From Pristiophorus japonicus (Eukaryota), in contig NW_027254824.1 of the NCBI RefSeq assembly GCF_044704955.1, positions 2,356,001 to 2,420,000 of the forward strand: DNA of 64,000 nt. Reading direction: 5' to 3'. The notes beneath the pieces are model-generated. The model had not been told where the DNA came from. It was given only the letters and a program-made list of their open reading frames with translations, and did no database searches. This document shows, piece by piece, positions 59,701-64,000 of this stretch. Within the stretch, counting starts at the first letter, position 1. Each line of letters begins with the position of its first letter. Both the position numbers and the translations under genes were made by a program.

Positions 59701-62700
59701 CACATGATCAGCTAATTTACTTGTTTCTGGAGCTGGCTCCACATTTCCCAGATTCTGGAGCCTGCTTCAGAGGCCCACGTTGATGCTGCCCTATCCTAAT
59801 TACCCTCTATCTGGATCACCTAAATATCTTTGCTCCAAATAAATTTGTTTATGGAAACATACTTCCCTCGATTGTGGATCGTATAATTCCACTGTTTTTG
59901 CAGCTAATTCCCCTGATTCTGGAGATCATAGCACTGCTTCTGGAGTTGAGTCCCCTGTTTCTGGAGCTAATTTCCTTGCTTAATAGCTAATTCCCGTCTT
60001 CCTGGTGCTAATTCCCATGTTTCCAGACATGATTTAGCTTTTTTCTGAAGCTCCGAATTCATCAGTTTCTGGAGAGAAAACCCCTGTTTCTGTAGATATT
60101 TCAACGGTTTCTGGAACTAATAATTCTGCCTCTTGAGCGGAATCCATATATTATGGAGATACTAGTTCCACTATTACTGGAGATATATCAGCTGTTTCTG
60201 AAGATCGCAATACCCCCGTTTCTGGAGTTAATATTGCGCTTTTTATGGAGCAGGTAATTGTCGTTTATACATGGTTCATGTCCCATCCACCAGCGCACGT
60301 TCGTGTCCCATTCCAGCCCAATTTTCTGCACCATGCCAATCCAAGTTCCTGTCCATTCCCCAGACCATTTCACAATTTATGGAGCCTGCTCCTAAGTTCT
60401 ATTTTGATGGAGTCCTCTCCTAATTCCCTTGCATCTGGATCTACTAAAGCGCATGTATCTTTTGCTCCAACTTATTTTGTTCATGGAACCATGCTTCCCT
60501 TGTATCTGGAATTTATATTTCCCAGTTTCAGAATATAAACCAAATTTTATGGATTAATTTCCCTGTTTCTGAAGATAATTGCCTTATTTCTGAGTTAATT
60601 TCCGTGTTCCTGGAGCTCCTAGTTCTGCAGCTCCCAATTCCCCTGTTGATCGATCTATTACCCCTGGTTGTGGAGGTAATTCATATTTTTCTGGAGCTCC
60701 TAATATCCCAGTTTGAGGAGATCCTAAATCCTCTGTTTCTGGATGTAACTCCTCTGTCTCTGTAGCTAATTCAACTGTTGAATTCGGTAATACCTCAGTT
60801 TCTGGTGCTGATTCCCCAGTTTCTGGAAGTCCTAGTGCACCTGTTTCTGGAAATGTTTCAATTGTTTGCGGAGTTTCTAATATCCCCGTCACTGGAGCTC
60901 CAAATTGCGCAGTTTATGGAGCACACCATTGTCCTTTTCTTGAGGCTATGATTTCCCCTATAGCTCCGAATTGTCCTGTTATTGGTGCGCTCTCCTATTT
61001 CCCCTGCTTTAGGAACAGCTAATTCGCCTTTTTCCGGAGCTGTCTCCAAATTTCCCACTTTCTTGTTCCCTCTCCTATGTTCCAGTTTGAAGCTGCAATT
61101 TCCTTATTTCCCTGTTTTCGGATCTCCTAAATCTCCTTTATCTTTTGCTTCAAATTGCATTCTTTATTGAACCATACTTGCCTTGTTTCTGGATATCGTA
61201 ATCTCAGTTTCTGAAGCTAAACAACCTGAATCTGTAGCTACGATGTCTTCTGTTTCTGGAACTCTTGATCTGCCCCTTGGTGGATCTAATTCCAATATTT
61301 CTGCAGGCAATTCCCCTGTTTCGAGAGCTCCTAATACCTGTGTTTCTGGAACTCATTACCTGTTTGGGGGATTCACCTTCTATTCCTGGAGCTGGTATAA
61401 TCAATGTTTCTGGAGTTCCTAATACTCCAGTTACGAGAGTTCCCATTATTCCTGTTTCTGGAGCTATTTCACTTGTTTGTGGATCTCCTCATTGCGCAAT
61501 TTCAGGAAAACCAAATTGCACTGTTTATGGAGTACTTAATTTTTCTTTTTATGTGGCTACTATTTGCCCGATATATATCGTAGCGAATTGTCTATTTATG
61601 CTGCACTCTCCTAATTCTCCTGCGAAAGGAAAACCCAAGTCGACTTTTTATAAAGCTGTGCCCAATTTCCCAGTTCCTGGAGCTGTCTGCTATGTTCCAT
61701 GTAGATAGGGCGATCTCCTAATTCCACTCTATCTCGATCTCATAAATCTCCTGTTTATTTTGCTCCAACTTACATTGTTTATGGAACCTAAACTTCTTTT
61801 CCTTCTGGATCTCATGATTTCCCTGTTTCTATAGTCGAAATGTCCTCTGATTCTGGAGCAACCGATTCTCTCTCTTTCCGGAGGTAATTACCATATTTCA
61901 GGACATAATTCCCATCTTGCTGTAGCTCCTAATTCCAGGGCTTCTGCAGCAAATAATTCCTTGGTTTGTGCAGTAAATACCAGTGTTTTTCGAGCTAATT
62001 GTCCTCTTTCTGTAATTAATGCATATATTTAATGAGGTAATATTCCGTATATTCTGGAGCTAATTCCCTTGTTCTGTGGCTTATTTTTCTGTTCCTGGAA
62101 CTGTAAATTCTCATCTTTAGAAAGTTCCTAATGCCCCTGTTGCTGGAGCTTCTAATACCGCAGGTTATGTAGATATTTCTCTTGCTGTGGAGATCCTAAT
62201 TCCCCTGTTTCTGAAGCTGAAATGCACGGTTTACGAAGCGTCTAATTCTTTTTTAATGCGGCTCACATTCCCCCGATATATTTCGCTCCGACACTTACTG
62301 CTTATGGCGCGCTGTGCTAATTCCCCTGCTACAGGAACAGCTAATTTTCCTATTTATTACACTCACTCCCTTCTGTCTAAACCCAGTTCCCATGTTTTGG
62401 TATATAATTCCGCTGTAATGAGCGAAGTCCTGTGTTTCTGAGCACCTAATTCCCCAGTTTCAGCAAAGTACAATTCTTCTGTCCCCGGAGCTAATTCCAC
62501 TGTTTCTGGAGCTGCTAATTCACTATTTCTTGTAACTCAACTCCTAATTATTCACTTTCTGGACCCAATTCCTCTGTTTATGGAGCTAAGTCCCTTGTTT
62601 TGCGCTAATTCACGGTTTCCTGAAGTTCCTACTTCATCTTTTTCCTGGAGGACCGAATATCCCAGTTTGTGAATCTCCGAAATCCTGTTTCTAGATATAA

Positions 62701-63120
62701 CTGTCCTGGTTCTGTAGCTAATTGAACTGTTTGGAGCTCAAGCTTTGTTTCCGCGAAAAAATCTGGAACTGTCTCCAAATTTCCCAGTTTGTCGAGCCCT
62801 CTCCTAATTTCCATGTTCATGCTGCCCTCTCCTAATTCCCCTTTTTCTTAACTGTATCACCTAAATCTCCTCGTTCTTTTGCTCAAAATTACTTTGGTTA
62901 TTCAACCATACTTTTCTTGTTTCTGTGTCTCTTAATTCCCAAGTTTTTGCAGTTAATTCTCCTGATTATAAAGATAATTCGCGTGTTCCTGCAGCAATTT
63001 ACGGTTTTCCGGAGCTAATTTATATTTTTGTGGTGAGTTACGAATATCCCAGTTTGTGTAGCCCCGAATTCTTCTGTTTCTTTAGGTTACTCCCCTGTTT
63101 CTGTAACTATTTTAACTATA
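53757..63120. repeat. Hierarchical satellite built from 21/24-bp monomers TAATTCCCCTGTTTCTGGAGC(TCC), interrupted at 53865-54785
   Basis: Monomer repeated throughout; a sub-unit landmark (g-gctctcctaatt) recurs roughly every 0.6 kb; ~1.9-kb duplication 55145/57041. Confidence 0.9.
54111..54785 (+). mobile_element. CR1 3' fragment, decayed
   Basis: KAEYYLNAGRLGKEEVQLDL...SLKVGM; ends ttctgtgtttctatgtttcta. Confidence 0.88.
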
Positions 63121-63126
63121 ATGTAG

Positions 63127-64000
63127 TGTAACAAATGAATACACCACTCGATGACAGTTGAATGGCAAAGACTAGATTATTCACTTGCAATGGAAAATCG
63201 GGTAGTTGATAATTAGCCCTTCACTGAGCTCTCCGCCCCGATCTCTTCGATAAACTCTTGGTCTGGGACAGTTATACATTGCAGCAAATAGTTGTGTACC
63301 GTACATTACAGCCATTGTCCTTTTACATGGCCTTTTTCAGTGCGACACAGATATATGATCTATTTCACTCATATGATACACCTTGGACTGTTTGGGGACT
63401 TTACTTCTTGAGCATGAGGTTTACATCCTTAATTCTAAGCAGCTGCGAGCGAGGCTTCCTGTAATGCGACACTCGTCTGAACCATATGGGTCTATATATG
63501 GAATTGATGATGTAAGTTGCTATCGGCAACTTGAAAACTCTATCAATGAATCAGATACAACGGAGGCCCATGTACTACTTCAATTCCCCCTTTTGGTCCT
63601 TGACTACCCACCTCAACATAACCAGCCCTTCTAAATTCAACAGTTGTGGGAATGAGACTTGTGCACATGTCGCTATATTGCTCCCTCTGTCTCAGTAGGT
63701 TACACTGCTCTTTACAATAGCTTTAACCTTGCTTTTATTCCAACAGTTCGACTAAGCTGCACCTCTCTTTACATGCCAGGCTAAGGACACTAACAATTGT
63801 AGAGCTGCCAGCACACGAGAGATGATGCTTTAGGATGTGGTAAATTTGTATACTCTGCTTCAGGGGATCCTTTATCACATTTATGTCGTCTGGGAGATAG
63901 CATATGGGTGCTGAGAGGTGTTCCTCATACAGCCCCAGATCTGCCCTTCATTCGTCCGTTAGGTTCAGAGCAATAGATCAACGTGCATGAATGTCGGTTC
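63127..64000 (-). mobile_element. Probable LTR element 3' end: ~184-bp LTR (63127-63310) plus internal sequence running off the window
   Basis: Abrupt exit from the satellite at TGTAAC; matching inverted end ATTACA at 63310; purine-rich stretch just inside on the minus strand; no second LTR in the window. Confidence 0.5.

Overview
Repeat-dominated vertebrate DNA. The CR1, Penelope and Gypsy family signatures suggest a cartilaginous fish (shark/ray; inference). No intact host protein-coding gene is recognisable. Layout: (1) 1-9.2 kb is a nest of CR1 LINEs, one keeping ORF1 (zinc finger + SGNH esterase) and a 70-bp TATA-containing monomer 5' end. (2) 9.2-18.3 kb is older, mostly non-repetitive DNA with a decayed tRNA cluster (Leu, Lys, Ser fragment, Trp), CR1/L2 fragments, an inverted Penelope-like pair with hammerhead remnants and a G-rich minisatellite. 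(3) 18.3-46.5 kb is a composite macrosatellite: ~50-bp minisatellite + short cassette with paired GCCATTTT + (GA)n tract + fold-back TC cap, ~2-2.8 kb per unit. It is invaded by two Gypsy LTR elements and several CR1 copies and has ten N gaps. (4) 46.55-53.75 kb is a C-rich ~17-bp AGCT minisatellite. (5) 53.76-63.1 kb is a hierarchical 21/24-bp satellite whose monomers keep codon phase. (6) The last 0.9 kb is a probable LTR with an env-like remnant. Most long predicted ORFs are microsatellite artefacts or TE fragments. All alignments were done by eye, so boundaries are approximate.
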